Positions 1 through 9,534 of a stretch of DNA of 64,000 nt are shown one piece after another; positions within the stretch are counted from its first letter, which is position 1, and the number at the start of each line of letters is the position of its first letter. The DNA is from an uncultured Enterobacteriaceae bacterium (lineage in GTDB: Bacteria; Pseudomonadota; Gammaproteobacteria; Burkholderiales; SG8-39). The notes below the pieces were generated by a model. The model searched no databases. It was not told the DNA's origin and was given only the letters and a program-made list of their open reading frames with translations. Location: positions 288 to 64,287 of the forward strand of contig CAZTDU010000014.1 in the NCBI GenBank assembly GCA_964612335.1. Reading direction: 5' to 3'. The translations under genes and the position numbers were made by a program.

Positions 1-430
<430 letters not shown>

Positions 431-524
431 TGCATTGTCCTTGCGCAGGCGAATTGGTTCCGTGCAATTCCGCACAGTGAGACGTCGATAGTCCCACTGT
501 GCCGCGCCTGCGCGGCGCGCCGGC

Positions 525-818
525 TTAGTACGCCGGGGTCCAGATCGAGTCGATGGTCACGCTGCGGGTGCTTTCCGCGCGCGCTTCCGCCGCCGAGCGC
601 CCCGCCAGACCCTGCTCGTAGCCAGCCTGCTCGGCGAAGTCGACGAACGACGGCAGCGGGTTGGCGGCCGCGACGCCGGAAGACTGGTGGTGCGCGCCTT
701 CGGCCAGCGTGGTGAACACGACCGGGTAGTCGTTGAACGACGGCGTCGGATCGGCGAACACGGGGGTGGCGGACACGGCGAGGACTGCGGCTGCGATGAT
801 GGTGCGGTTCATGGTCAT
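525..818 (-). CDS. Small secreted hypothetical protein (SFND motif, C-terminal PAY)
   Basis: AGGAG RBS before ATG 818; signal peptide MTMNRTIIAAAVLAVSATPVFA; mature part DPTPSFNDYP...WTPAY. Confidence 0.7.
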   Translation of the reverse strand: MTMNRTIIAAAVLAVSATPVFADPTPSFNDYPVVFTTLAEGAHHQSSGVAAANPLPSFVDFAEQAGYEQGLAGRSAAEARAESTRSVTIDSIWTPAY

Positions 819-1046
819 GCTCCTATCGGTTGTGGTTGATCGTTTCGGCGGGAAGCTGCTTCCTGCAGCCCCGTCGCTCACACCCTTTGGACGTGGCAGC
901 GTGGGAAAAGATGCTGCGGACTAATACGTAGCCGCGGCCCGGCGACTACTTAGGGGGCACCCTGAGTCGTTCCCGCGCGGCCGCGGTTGACGGTCCTGCG
1001 CCAGGCGGGGTTAAATCACTTCGGCATGGCGTCAGGAACCCCTTCC

Positions 1047-1895
1047 ATGTATGCGGTCTATACCCTTCGCCTTGCAGGGGTGCTCGCCGGCATGCTGATG
1101 GCGCTGCCGTTGCAGGCGCGCGAAGCCCCCGCTGAGGCACGCATCGAGCTTGCGGTGCTCGAGGCCGACTGGGGTGCCGCCGACGCGACCGAGGTCCAGG
1201 CCGTGCTCTCCGGCGTGGCGGCAGAACTCCTCGCCCTGTTCCCCGACCACCCGGCATTGCGCGTGCAGGTTGCGCCGACCGCGGAGTCGCCGATGGTGCT
1301 GTTCCGCCGCGGCAGCAACGGTTCGCACCGCGTGCTGCTGCGCGCCCGGGACCACGAATGGGCGGACTACGTCTACGAGTTCGCGCACGAGCTCGGCCAC
1401 ATCCTCACCAACTACGGACGCCACGCGCGCCATCCGGGGCTGGCGCGCTACCAGTGGTTCGAGGAGGCGCTGTGCGACATGGTTGCGCTGCATGCCTTGC
1501 GCCGCATTGCCGATCGCGCGCAGGCCGGCGCGCTCGGCCCGCAACTGGCGGCGCACGCCGGCGCGATGCGCGAGTTCGCCGACCAGCTGCTCAAGGCACC
1601 GCACCGTGCGTCGCTGCACGGCGCCGACCTGTCCGCATGGCTGCGCCTGCACGAACCGGCGCTGCGCACCAATCCTTACCAGCGCGCGCGCAACGAGGAG
1701 GTGGCGGCACACCTGCTGCGCATCTTCGAACGCGACCCGTCTGGTTTCGCCGCCCTCGTGTTCGTCAATGCAAGCCGCGGGCCTGCGCCCGGGAGCTTCG
1801 CCGACTATCTTGCCGAGTGGTGCGACCACACGCCCGAATCGGCACAGCCGGTGGTCAGGCAGATCATCGCGGCGTTCGGCTTCGCGGCCCGCTGA
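1047..1895 (+). CDS. Secreted hypothetical protein with HExxH zinc-metallopeptidase motif
   Basis: Signal-like N-terminus (..LLMALPLQA-type, MALPLQA); YEFAHELGH and a downstream WFEEALC glutamate, i.e. gluzincin-like spacing; start uncertain. Confidence 0.6.
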   Translation: MYAVYTLRLAGVLAGMLMALPLQAREAPAEARIELAVLEADWGAADATEVQAVLSGVAAELLALFPDHPALRVQVAPTAESPMVLFRRGSNGSHRVLLRARDHEWADYVYEFAHELGHILTNYGRHARHPGLARYQWFEEALCDMVALHALRRIADRAQAGALGPQLAAHAGAMREFADQLLKAPHRASLHGADLSAWLRLHEPALRTNPYQRARNEEVAAHLLRIFERDPSGFAALVFVNASRGPAPGSFADYLAEWCDHTPESAQPVVRQIIAAFGFAAR

Positions 1896-1914
1896 GCCAG
1901 GGCAGCGAAACCGG

Positions 1915-1934
1915 CGGCGGCGGGCCCGCCGCCG
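1915..1934. terminator. GC-rich palindrome between convergent genes (possible bidirectional terminator)
   Basis: Perfect 20-bp palindrome CGGCGGCGGGCCCGCCGCCG, no U-tract. Confidence 0.3.
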
Positions 1935-1937
1935 ACT

Positions 1938-2786
1938 TCAGGCGCCGCGGACTTCGCGCTGCGCCGCGCGGCGGTACTCGGAGGGCGGAATGCCGACCTG
2001 GTTGAGGAAGAAGCGCGTGAAATTGCTCTGCGCGGAAAAGCCCAGGTCCGCCGACACATCGGCGATCTTCGCGCCGCGGGCGGCGAGGCGGGAGATTGCC
2101 GTCTCGACGCACAGCTTGTCGAGGTAGTCGCGCGGCGACAGCCCCGTGCAGGACTGGAACAGGTCGTAGAAGCGCGAGCGCGATAGCCCGACCTTGCCGG
2201 CGACTACGTCCATGTTGAGTTCCTTGTTCGGCCGCGCACGCAGCAGTGCGATCGCGTCGCGTATGCGCGAATCCGCGAAGCGCGAGCCTTCCCATGCGGG
2301 CGACGCCGCACGCCGCCGCGCGACATACGCGTCGACCACCGACAAGGTGAGCTCCTGCACCATGAACTCGAGCCGCTCGGTGGCGAGGAACTGGTCGTTC
2401 AGCATCTCCACCGCCAGCGCATCGAACAGGCGGCGGATGCGCGGCGTGATCTCCTCCTGCGCCCGCGCAAAGGGCGTGGCGGATTCACCAAACACCGCCG
2501 GGAAGCGCTCCTGCGCCCAGGGCTGGGCCAGGCGCACCGACAGCAGCATCGGCAGCGGGTCCTCGGGCGCGCATGCGCAGCCGTGCGTCTGGCCCGGATT
2601 GACCAGGACCAGCGAGTCCTCCCTGCAGGTCTGCGCCTCGCCGCCGACCGCGTACTCGCAGTCCGGGCCCTGGTGCTTGGCGAAGATCAGCGGTCCGCCC
2701 TCGGCCTGCGCCTGGCAGTGTTCGCGCGCCCCGAGCAGCGAAACGCGCCCGTAGCGGCCCTCGAAGAAGCGGATCGGCATGCTCAT
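1938..2786 (-). CDS. AraC family transcriptional regulator
   Basis: C-terminal AraC double HTH (VGLSRSRFYDLF...SADLGFSAQSNFTRFF..GIPPSEYR). Confidence 0.9.
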   Translation of the reverse strand: MSMPIRFFEGRYGRVSLLGAREHCQAQAEGGPLIFAKHQGPDCEYAVGGEAQTCREDSLVLVNPGQTHGCACAPEDPLPMLLSVRLAQPWAQERFPAVFGESATPFARAQEEITPRIRRLFDALAVEMLNDQFLATERLEFMVQELTLSVVDAYVARRRAASPAWEGSRFADSRIRDAIALLRARPNKELNMDVVAGKVGLSRSRFYDLFQSCTGLSPRDYLDKLCVETAISRLAARGAKIADVSADLGFSAQSNFTRFFLNQVGIPPSEYRRAAQREVRGA

Positions 2787-2793
2787 GGCACGC

Positions 2794-3264
2794 TCAGTAT
2801 GCCAGCCATTGGGGACGCCGGGCGGAGATGACGCGGGTGTTCACGCCCACCCAGTTCAGGCCGCCAAACAGGCGCGCGTGCTCGATTTTCACGCAGCGGT
2901 CCATCACCGTGTCCAGGCCGGCGGCGCGCGCCTTGGCATCCGCCGCCTCGTTCTTCACCCCGATCTGCTGCCACAGCACCTTCGCGCCGATCGCGATCGC
3001 CGCGTCCGCTATCGGACCGATGTCCTCGGTCCTGCGAAAGCAGTCGACGATGTCGACTTTCTCCGGGATGTCGGCGAGCGAGGCATACGACTTCTGGCCG
3101 AGGATTTCCGGGTACTTGGGGTTCACCGGGATCACCCGGTAGCCGTGCTCGATCATGTACTTCGCGGCGAAGTAGCTGGGGCGGTACCAGTCGCCCGACA
3201 GGCCGACTACCGCGATGACGCGGTTCTGCTTGAGGATCCGGCGCAGGGTATTGATGTCGTCCAT
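2794..3264 (-). CDS. CoA-binding protein (YccU-like)
   Basis: IAVVGLS..RPSY, IPVNP, DIVDCFR, VMDRCVKIEH motifs; start at MDDINTL. Confidence 0.9.
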   Translation of the reverse strand: MDDINTLRRILKQNRVIAVVGLSGDWYRPSYFAAKYMIEHGYRVIPVNPKYPEILGQKSYASLADIPEKVDIVDCFRRTEDIGPIADAAIAIGAKVLWQQIGVKNEAADAKARAAGLDTVMDRCVKIEHARLFGGLNWVGVNTRVISARRPQWLAY

Positions 3265-3293
3265 GAGTCGGTGGCAATTATAATCCCGCGGAC

Positions 3294-4247
3294 ATGACGC
3301 TCCATCTACAGGTTGCCGCTTTGCTTGAGCGCGCGGCACAGTCGCCGCTGCCCCCCTATTACACGGTTCCGCCCCACGTGGCGCGCCGCATCTACCGCGA
3401 CACGCGCGCCGCTGTTTCGCCTGCCGCGCCCGCGGTCGCGGAAGCGAAGTTGATGATCATTCCCGGCCCGGCGTCGCCGATCGCGCTGCGCGCGTACCGG
3501 CCGGCCGGTGCCGTGCCGCAGGAGGTGCTGCCCGCGCTGGTGTACTTCCATGGCGGCGGCTGGGTGATCGGCGACATCGACACGCACGACGTGGTGTGCC
3601 GCCAGCTTGCCAACGGCGCGCGCTGCGCGGTGTTCTCGGTCGATTACCGCAAGGCCCCGGAACACCGCTTTCCCGGCGCGGTGGAGGATTGCATCGCGGC
3701 GGTGCGCCACGTCGCCGCGAACGCCGCTGCGCTGCGGGTGGACGCAGCGCGCATCGCGGTGGGCGGCGACAGCGCGGGCGGCAACCTTGCCGCGGTGGTC
3801 GCGCTGGACGCGCGCGACTCGGGCTCTCCGGCGATCGTGCTGCAGATGCTGGTCTACCCGGCGACCGACCAGCGCATGGGCCACCCGTCGATCGAGCGCA
3901 ACGGCGATGGCTACCTGCTGACCAAGGCAGCGATGCAGTACTTCGGCTCGCATTACCTGCCCGAGGCGAAGGACAAGCTGGACTGGCGCGCCTCGCCCCT
4001 GCTGGCAAAGAGCCTTGCCGGCGTGGCGCCGGCTTACGTCGTCACCGCCGGATTCGATCCGCTGGTCGATGAGGGCCGCGCCTACGCCGAACGGCTGGCG
4101 AAGGAGGGCGTCGAGGTCGCCTACCTCGACTATCCCGACATGGTGCACGGCTTCCTGCTGATGGGCGGCGTGCTCGATACCGCGCGGCAGGCGGTGGACG
4201 AATGCTGCGCGCGGCTGCGCGCCGCGTTCGCGAGGGGGGCAGCATGA
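3294..4247 (+). CDS. Alpha/beta hydrolase, hormone-sensitive lipase / acetyl esterase family
   Basis: HGGGW oxyanion motif, GDSAGG nucleophile elbow, DPL and HGF catalytic motifs. Confidence 0.9.
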   Translation: MTLHLQVAALLERAAQSPLPPYYTVPPHVARRIYRDTRAAVSPAAPAVAEAKLMIIPGPASPIALRAYRPAGAVPQEVLPALVYFHGGGWVIGDIDTHDVVCRQLANGARCAVFSVDYRKAPEHRFPGAVEDCIAAVRHVAANAAALRVDAARIAVGGDSAGGNLAAVVALDARDSGSPAIVLQMLVYPATDQRMGHPSIERNGDGYLLTKAAMQYFGSHYLPEAKDKLDWRASPLLAKSLAGVAPAYVVTAGFDPLVDEGRAYAERLAKEGVEVAYLDYPDMVHGFLLMGGVLDTARQAVDECCARLRAAFARGAA

Positions 4248-5926
4248 AGAAGGAACCGAAGCTGCGCCACGGCGGCAGGATTCTCGCGGATGCGCTCGCT
4301 GCGCACGGCGTCACCACCGCGTTCGGCGTCCCCGGCGAGAGCTACCTGCCGGTGCTGGACGGTTTTCACGACCATCGCGGGCGCATGCAGTTCGTCGTCT
4401 GCAGGAACGAAGGCGGCGCATCCTACATGGCCGAGGCGAGCGCCAAGCTCACCGGCAAGCCCGGCATCCTCTTCGTCACGCGCGGTCCGGGCGCCACCAA
4501 TGGCGCGGTCGGCGTGCACACCGGGTTCCAGGATTCCTCGCCGATGGTGGTGTTCATCGGCCAGGTCGGCAACGACTTCGTCGAGCGCGAGGCGTTCCAG
4601 GAGATCGACTACCGGCGCATGTACGGGCCGATGTCGAAGTGGGTGGCGCAGATCGACCGCGTCGAGCGCATCCCCGAATACGTCAGCCACGCCTTCCACA
4701 CCGCGATGGCCGGGCGCCGCGGCCCGGTCGTGCTCGCACTGCCCGAGGACGCGCTCTTCGCCGAAGCCGCGGTGGCCGACGCGCCGCACTACAAGGTGGT
4801 GCGCGCCGCGCCGGCGTCTGCCGACATGCACGAGGTGGAGCACCTGCTGGCGAAGGCGTCGAAGCCTTTCGTGCTGCTCGGCGGCGGCGGCTGGGACCGG
4901 CCCACCTGCGATGCGCTGCGCGCCTGGGTCGAGTCGGCCGGCCTGCCGGTGGGCACGTCGTTCCGCTGCCAGGACCTGTACGACAACCGCGGCCCGAACT
5001 ACGCCGGGGACGTCGGCATCGGCATCAATCCGAAGCTCGCACAGCGCGTGAAGGACGCCGACCTGGTGCTCGCCATCGGTTCGCGCCTGGACGAGATGAC
5101 GACCAGCGGATACACGCTGTTCGACATCCCGGTGCCGAAGCAGAAGCTGGTCCACGTGCAGCCCGGCGCCGAGGAACTGGGCCGCGTCTACCACGCCACG
5201 CTGCCCATCGTGTCGGGCATGGGGAAGTTCGTCGAGGCGCTCGCCAAGCTCAAGGTGGATGGCGCGCGCTGGCGCAAGTGGACGCAGTCAGCGCACGAGG
5301 ACTACCTGGCGTGGATCCGCCCGCAGCCGATTCCGGGCCGGCTGCAGTACGCCGAGATCGTCAACTGGCTGGACGCCACGCTGCCCGAAGACGTCATCAT
5401 GACCGGCGGTGCCGGGAACTTCTCCGGCTGGGTGCATCGCTATTTCCGCTACCGCGGTTTCCGCACGCAACTGGGGCCGACCAACGGCTCGATGGGCTAC
5501 GGGCTGCCGGCGGCGGTGGCGGCGAAGATCGTGGCGCCGACGCGCACCGTGGTCTGCGTCGCCGGCGACGGCGACTTCCTCATGAACGGCCAGGAGTTCG
5601 CCACCGCGGTGCAGTACGACGCGCCGGTGATCGCGCTGGTGGTGAACAACGGCATGTACGGCACCATCCGCATGCACCAGGAGCGCGAGTATCCGGGGCG
5701 TATTTCGGGCACCGAACTGAAGAACCCGGACTTCGCCGCCTATGCGCGCGCCTTCGGCGGGCACGGCGAACTGGTGGAAACCACCGAGGACTTTGCACCC
5801 GCTTTCGAACGCGCCAAAGCCTCTGGCAAGCCGTCGATCATCGAACTGCGCCTCGACCCCGACGCCATCACCACATCGACGACGCTCTCCGCAATCCGCA
5901 GCGCTGCGGAGAATCGCAAGCACTAG
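4244..5926 (+). CDS. Thiamine pyrophosphate-dependent enzyme (acetolactate synthase-like)
   Basis: FGVPGESY, RGPGATN, GDGDFLM...NNGMYG TPP motif; ATGA overlap with the upstream esterase. Confidence 0.9.
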   Translation: MKKEPKLRHGGRILADALAAHGVTTAFGVPGESYLPVLDGFHDHRGRMQFVVCRNEGGASYMAEASAKLTGKPGILFVTRGPGATNGAVGVHTGFQDSSPMVVFIGQVGNDFVEREAFQEIDYRRMYGPMSKWVAQIDRVERIPEYVSHAFHTAMAGRRGPVVLALPEDALFAEAAVADAPHYKVVRAAPASADMHEVEHLLAKASKPFVLLGGGGWDRPTCDALRAWVESAGLPVGTSFRCQDLYDNRGPNYAGDVGIGINPKLAQRVKDADLVLAIGSRLDEMTTSGYTLFDIPVPKQKLVHVQPGAEELGRVYHATLPIVSGMGKFVEALAKLKVDGARWRKWTQSAHEDYLAWIRPQPIPGRLQYAEIVNWLDATLPEDVIMTGGAGNFSGWVHRYFRYRGFRTQLGPTNGSMGYGLPAAVAAKIVAPTRTVVCVAGDGDFLMNGQEFATAVQYDAPVIALVVNNGMYGTIRMHQEREYPGRISGTELKNPDFAAYARAFGGHGELVETTEDFAPAFERAKASGKPSIIELRLDPDAITTSTTLSAIRSAAENRKH

Positions 5927-5947
5927 AAGGCGGGTGGGGAAGGGGTC

Positions 5948-5980
5948 ACAAGGGGAAGGGGCAAGGCCCTTTCCCCTTGT
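5948..5980. terminator. Hairpin between convergent genes
   Basis: ACAAGGGGAAGGG...CCCTTTCCCCTTGT near-perfect inverted repeat. Confidence 0.45.
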
Positions 5981-5984
5981 TCGA

Positions 5985-6347
5985 TCAGGTCAGAGCTATC
6001 CACTTCGGGTCGTCCTGCTGCTGGCGCTCGAACTTGAGGAACTCGTAGTAGCCGCAGCGCTTCGTGGTGGGGAACTCCCTGCACACGCCCGGGCGCGACT
6101 CGTACACGGTGCACTGGCGCTTCCTGGTGTCGAAGAACTGGCACACCGTCTTGAAAATCCTGTCCTTCTTGTGCCGCAGCGCAAGCGACTTCTCACCCTT
6201 GTCGTACTTGGTGAAGCGCTTCTCGGCGGTCTCGTAGTCGAGGTCGAAGTGCCTGGCCAGGCGCGCGACGTCGCGCTTGGTGATCTCGATGAGGGGGTAG
6301 CTGCAGCAGTATCCCGGGCACTTCTTGCAGGAGTAGTAGGCGGACAT
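5985..6347 (-). CDS. YkgJ family cysteine-cluster protein
   Basis: CKKCPGYCC, CQFFD..CTVYESRPGVCREFP pattern. Confidence 0.85.
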   Translation of the reverse strand: MSAYYSCKKCPGYCCSYPLIEITKRDVARLARHFDLDYETAEKRFTKYDKGEKSLALRHKKDRIFKTVCQFFDTRKRQCTVYESRPGVCREFPTTKRCGYYEFLKFERQQQDDPKWIALT

Positions 6348-6399
6348 GGGGCCGTTTGCGGTTGCGAAGGCGCGCATTCTACGCGCCTCCGGCGATTCG

Positions 6400-6425
6400 T
6401 GACCCGTTTCGCGGTGCGCTGCGTT
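6400..6425 (+). promoter_or_regulatory. Candidate ECF sigma-factor promoter
   Basis: TGACCC-N16-CGTT upstream of an operon that encodes an ECF sigma factor. Confidence 0.3.
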
Positions 6426-6462
6426 CAATCAGGCACTGACATCACGCACGAGGAGAGACCCC

Positions 6463-7284
6463 ATGAGCAACGTTCGTATTCTGCTCGCCGCGGCGCTTGC
6501 CGGCATCTCGGTGCAGGCGCAGGCGGTGGGCAGCATCGTGGAACTGAGCGTGTTCGATCGCAGCGCCAACGTGAGGCTGCCGGTGTACTGGCATGCCGGC
6601 CGCGCCTGGGTTGCCGGCACGCCCGGCAACGAATACTCGGTGAGCCTCCGCAACCGCCAGGGCGGCGATGTGCTCGCCGTGGTGTCGGTGGACGGCGTGA
6701 ACGTCGTCAGCGGCGCGACCGCGCACCCGAACCAGAGCGGCTATGTGCTGGCGCCGCGGCGCACGCTCGACATCCGCGGCTGGCGCAAGAGCCTTGCCGA
6801 GACCGCGGCGTTCTATTTCACCTCGCTGGGGGATTCCTACGCCGCGCGCACCGGCAGGCCGGGTGATGTCGGCGTCATCGGCGTCGCGGTGTTCAGGAAG
6901 AAAGTGGTGCCGCCGCCGCAGCGTCCGCAACCAATTGGCCGCATCGCGCCGGGCGAGAAGCCGCGGCGCGACGCGGCCGCGGAGGACAGCGCCGGCGCGG
7001 CAACGCGCAGCGAGGCCATGGCGCGCCACGCGCCCTCGGCCCCGCTCGGCACCGGCCATGGCCGCAGGGAAGCGTCGCACGCGCGCCACGTGGGTTTCGA
7101 GCGCGCCAGCAGCGAACCCGCCGAGGTGATCACCATCCACTACGACAGCCGCGAGAACCTGCTGGCGATGGGCGTGATCCGCGAGCCGGTGCATATCGCG
7201 CCGCGGCAGCCGCGGCCGTTTCCCGGCTTCGTGCCCGATCCGGTCAGTGCATGGCCGCTGCCCGCGCCCACGCACGACGGCTGA
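6463..7284 (+). CDS. Secreted conserved hypothetical protein (first gene of ECF operon)
   Basis: GAGGAG RBS, signal peptide ending AQA, beta-rich N-terminal domain (VLAVVSVDGVNV), Pro-rich tail. Confidence 0.75.
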   Translation: MSNVRILLAAALAGISVQAQAVGSIVELSVFDRSANVRLPVYWHAGRAWVAGTPGNEYSVSLRNRQGGDVLAVVSVDGVNVVSGATAHPNQSGYVLAPRRTLDIRGWRKSLAETAAFYFTSLGDSYAARTGRPGDVGVIGVAVFRKKVVPPPQRPQPIGRIAPGEKPRRDAAAEDSAGAATRSEAMARHAPSAPLGTGHGRREASHARHVGFERASSEPAEVITIHYDSRENLLAMGVIREPVHIAPRQPRPFPGFVPDPVSAWPLPAPTHDG

Positions 7285-7309
7285 AGCGACTCTCGCTACA
7301 CTCCGGGGC

Positions 7310-7867
7310 ATGGCCGAGGCCCCGGACGAGGAACTCATGCTCGCCTATCAGGGCGGCGACGCCGGCGCCTTCCAGACGCTGTACACGCGGCACAAGGGCC
7401 GCCTGTACCGCTTCATGCTGCGCGCGGTGAAGAACGGCGGCGAGACGGACGAACTGTTCCAGGACGTGTGGATGCGCATCATCGAGTCGCGCGCCAGGTA
7501 CACGCCGAGCGCGAAGTTCACCACCTGGCTGTACACCATCGCGCACAATCGCATGATGGATCACTTTCGCCGGCATTCCCTGCGCGCGGCGGACGGCATC
7601 GACGACGTGCAGGCCGCGGCCGAGGCGATACCCCTGCGCGCCGGCGAGCAGCCCGAGGCGCTCGCCGAGACGCGCGCAGACCTGCGCCGCCTGGCGGCAG
7701 CCATTGCCGCGTTGCCGCATGCGCAGCGCGAGGTGTTCCTGCTGCACGAGGAGTCCGGCCTGAGCGTGCCGGAGATCGCAGAGGCGACAGGCGACAAGGC
7801 CGAAGCAGTGAAGAGCCGCCTGCGCTACGCGTTGCAGAAACTGCGCGAGGCCCTGCGTGACGACTGA
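7310..7867 (+). CDS. ECF RNA polymerase sigma factor
   Basis: Region 2 DELFQDVWMRI and region 4 LPHAQREVFLL...EIAEATG..AVKSRLRYA. Confidence 0.92.
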   Translation: MAEAPDEELMLAYQGGDAGAFQTLYTRHKGRLYRFMLRAVKNGGETDELFQDVWMRIIESRARYTPSAKFTTWLYTIAHNRMMDHFRRHSLRAADGIDDVQAAAEAIPLRAGEQPEALAETRADLRRLAAAIAALPHAQREVFLLHEESGLSVPEIAEATGDKAEAVKSRLRYALQKLREALRDD

Positions 7868-8705
7868 CGACGACAAGGACGATCGCGTCTCGGCCCGTTA
7901 TCGCGAGCTGGCGCGCGCCGAGCCTCCGGCGGGCCTCGACGACGCCATCCTCGCCGCGTCGCGCCGGGCAGTACACGCCGGTCCCGGGAAGGCGTCGGTG
8001 CGCCGCTGGGCGCTGCCGGTGTCGCTCGCGGCGGCGGTGGTGCTGTCGGTGATGGTGACGCTGAACGTGCGCGAGGAACACCCTGACCTCGAACTGCCCG
8101 CGCCGGCCGACTCGCCGGTCGCGCCGGCGCCGGCGCCACCCCGGCCTGCGCCCGAGCCTGCCGCCAGCGCCAGGTCGGAAGCGCGCGTCGAGCCTGCGCC
8201 CGCGCCTGCACCTGCGCGGGCGCGCGAAGCCCTGCCGGCATCGAAGCCGGCGGAGGCCATGCCGCCATCGCCGGAGCGCCGCGCACCGCGTTTCGTACCG
8301 GAACCGCCGCGCGCAGCAGCGCCCGCCGCGTCCATCGCGGGCTCCGGGCCGGCTGCGTCGGGTCAGGGCAGCGGAGAACTCGCCGCGCCTGCGCCGGCCG
8401 CGCCGGCCGCGCCAGCACCGGCCGCGACAGCCCCCGCCGCGACAGCCCCCGCCGCACGCGCCTCGTCGCGGCCCGCGCCTGCCCAGATGCGCGACCGCAC
8501 CGAGGCGATGGCGAAGCGCGCCGAACAGGTAGAGGAGAGTGCCGCGGACACGGAGACGCCCGAGCGCATGCTCGAGCGTATCGCCGCGCTGCGCCTGGAG
8601 GGCAAGCACGAGGAGGCCGACCGGCTGCTGGCGGAGTTCCGCCGGCGTCATCCGCAGTACCGCATTCCCGAGGCGATGCTCGAGAAGGTGCAGCCGCCAC
8701 GCTAG
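7857..8705 (+). CDS. Putative anti-sigma factor with Pro/Ala-rich linker
   Basis: Overlaps sigma stop; N-terminal helical domain (EPPAGLDDAILAASRR), one TM helix, long PA linker, C-terminal helical domain. Confidence 0.7.
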   Translation: MTTDDDKDDRVSARYRELARAEPPAGLDDAILAASRRAVHAGPGKASVRRWALPVSLAAAVVLSVMVTLNVREEHPDLELPAPADSPVAPAPAPPRPAPEPAASARSEARVEPAPAPAPARAREALPASKPAEAMPPSPERRAPRFVPEPPRAAAPAASIAGSGPAASGQGSGELAAPAPAAPAAPAPAATAPAATAPAARASSRPAPAQMRDRTEAMAKRAEQVEESAADTETPERMLERIAALRLEGKHEEADRLLAEFRRRHPQYRIPEAMLEKVQPPR

Positions 8706-8733
8706 CGGCGCCGGCTGTCCGTCCTCGCGGCGG

Positions 8734-9459
8734 TCAGTGCGCGAGCACCCTGGAGAGGAAAAGCTGCGCGCGCGGCGAGCGCGGCGTCGCGAAGAAATCG
8801 TCCTTCGCGGTGTCCTCGACGATCCTGCCGGCGTCCATGAACACCACGCGGTGCGCGACCTTGCGGGCGAAGCCCATCTCGTGCGTCACCACCATCATGG
8901 TCATGCCCTCGGCGGCGAGCGTCACCATCACGTCCAGCACCTCGTGGATGGTCTCCGGATCGAGCGCGGAGGTCGGCTCGTCGAACAGCATCGCCACCGG
9001 GTCCATGCACAGCGCGCGCGCGATCGCCACGCGTTGCTGCTGGCCGCCGGACAGCGCGGCCGGGTACTTGTCCGCGTGCGCGGCGAGGCCCACCCGCTCC
9101 AGCAGCGCCAGCGCCTTCGCGCGCGCCGCGTCCGGCGTACGCCCGAGCACGCGCTGCTGCGCCAGCGTGAGGTTCGCGGTGACGCTCATGTGCGGAAACA
9201 GCTCGAAGTTCTGGAACACCATGCCGATGCGCGCGCGCAGCCGCGGCAGGTCGGCGCCTTGTCCTACCGCAACGCCATCGACGACGATCTCGCCCGCGTC
9301 GAAGGGTTCCAGCGCGTTCACGCACTTGAGCAGCGTCGATTTGCCGCTGCCCGAGGGTCCGCAGACGACGACCACCTCGCCGCGCGCGACCCCGGTCGAG
9401 CAGTCCTCGAGCACGCGGACTGTGCCGTAAGACTTGCTGATGTGCCTGATGGCGATCAT
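8734..9459 (-). CDS. Polar amino-acid ABC transporter ATP-binding protein (GlnQ/GltL-like)
   Basis: [36 protein letters not shown]. Confidence 0.92.
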   Translation of the reverse strand: MIAIRHISKSYGTVRVLEDCSTGVARGEVVVVCGPSGSGKSTLLKCVNALEPFDAGEIVVDGVAVGQGADLPRLRARIGMVFQNFELFPHMSVTANLTLAQQRVLGRTPDAARAKALALLERVGLAAHADKYPAALSGGQQQRVAIARALCMDPVAMLFDEPTSALDPETIHEVLDVMVTLAAEGMTMMVVTHEMGFARKVAHRVVFMDAGRIVEDTAKDDFFATPRSPRAQLFLSRVLAH

Positions 9460-9534
9460 CGCGCGACCGTATCACACGCACGCAGCGCGCCGCGCCGGCG
9501 GCATAGAATCGGCGCATCCCCCGGGGAGCCAGAC

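Noticed and set aside
951-966. GGGGGCACC resembling the start of a Tn21-family inverted repeat
   Set aside because: Match stops after about 9 nt; no partner repeat or transposase seen
8539-9534. Apparent 1025-aa N-terminally extended reductive dehalogenase
   Set aside because: The extension is the antisense of the ABC ATPase gene; a GGAG RBS and family-typical start point to ATG 9535
9515-9534. GGGGAGCCAGAC resembling part of a cobalamin riboswitch upstream of rdhA
   Set aside because: The intergenic region is only ~75 nt and the other conserved B12-element motifs are absent
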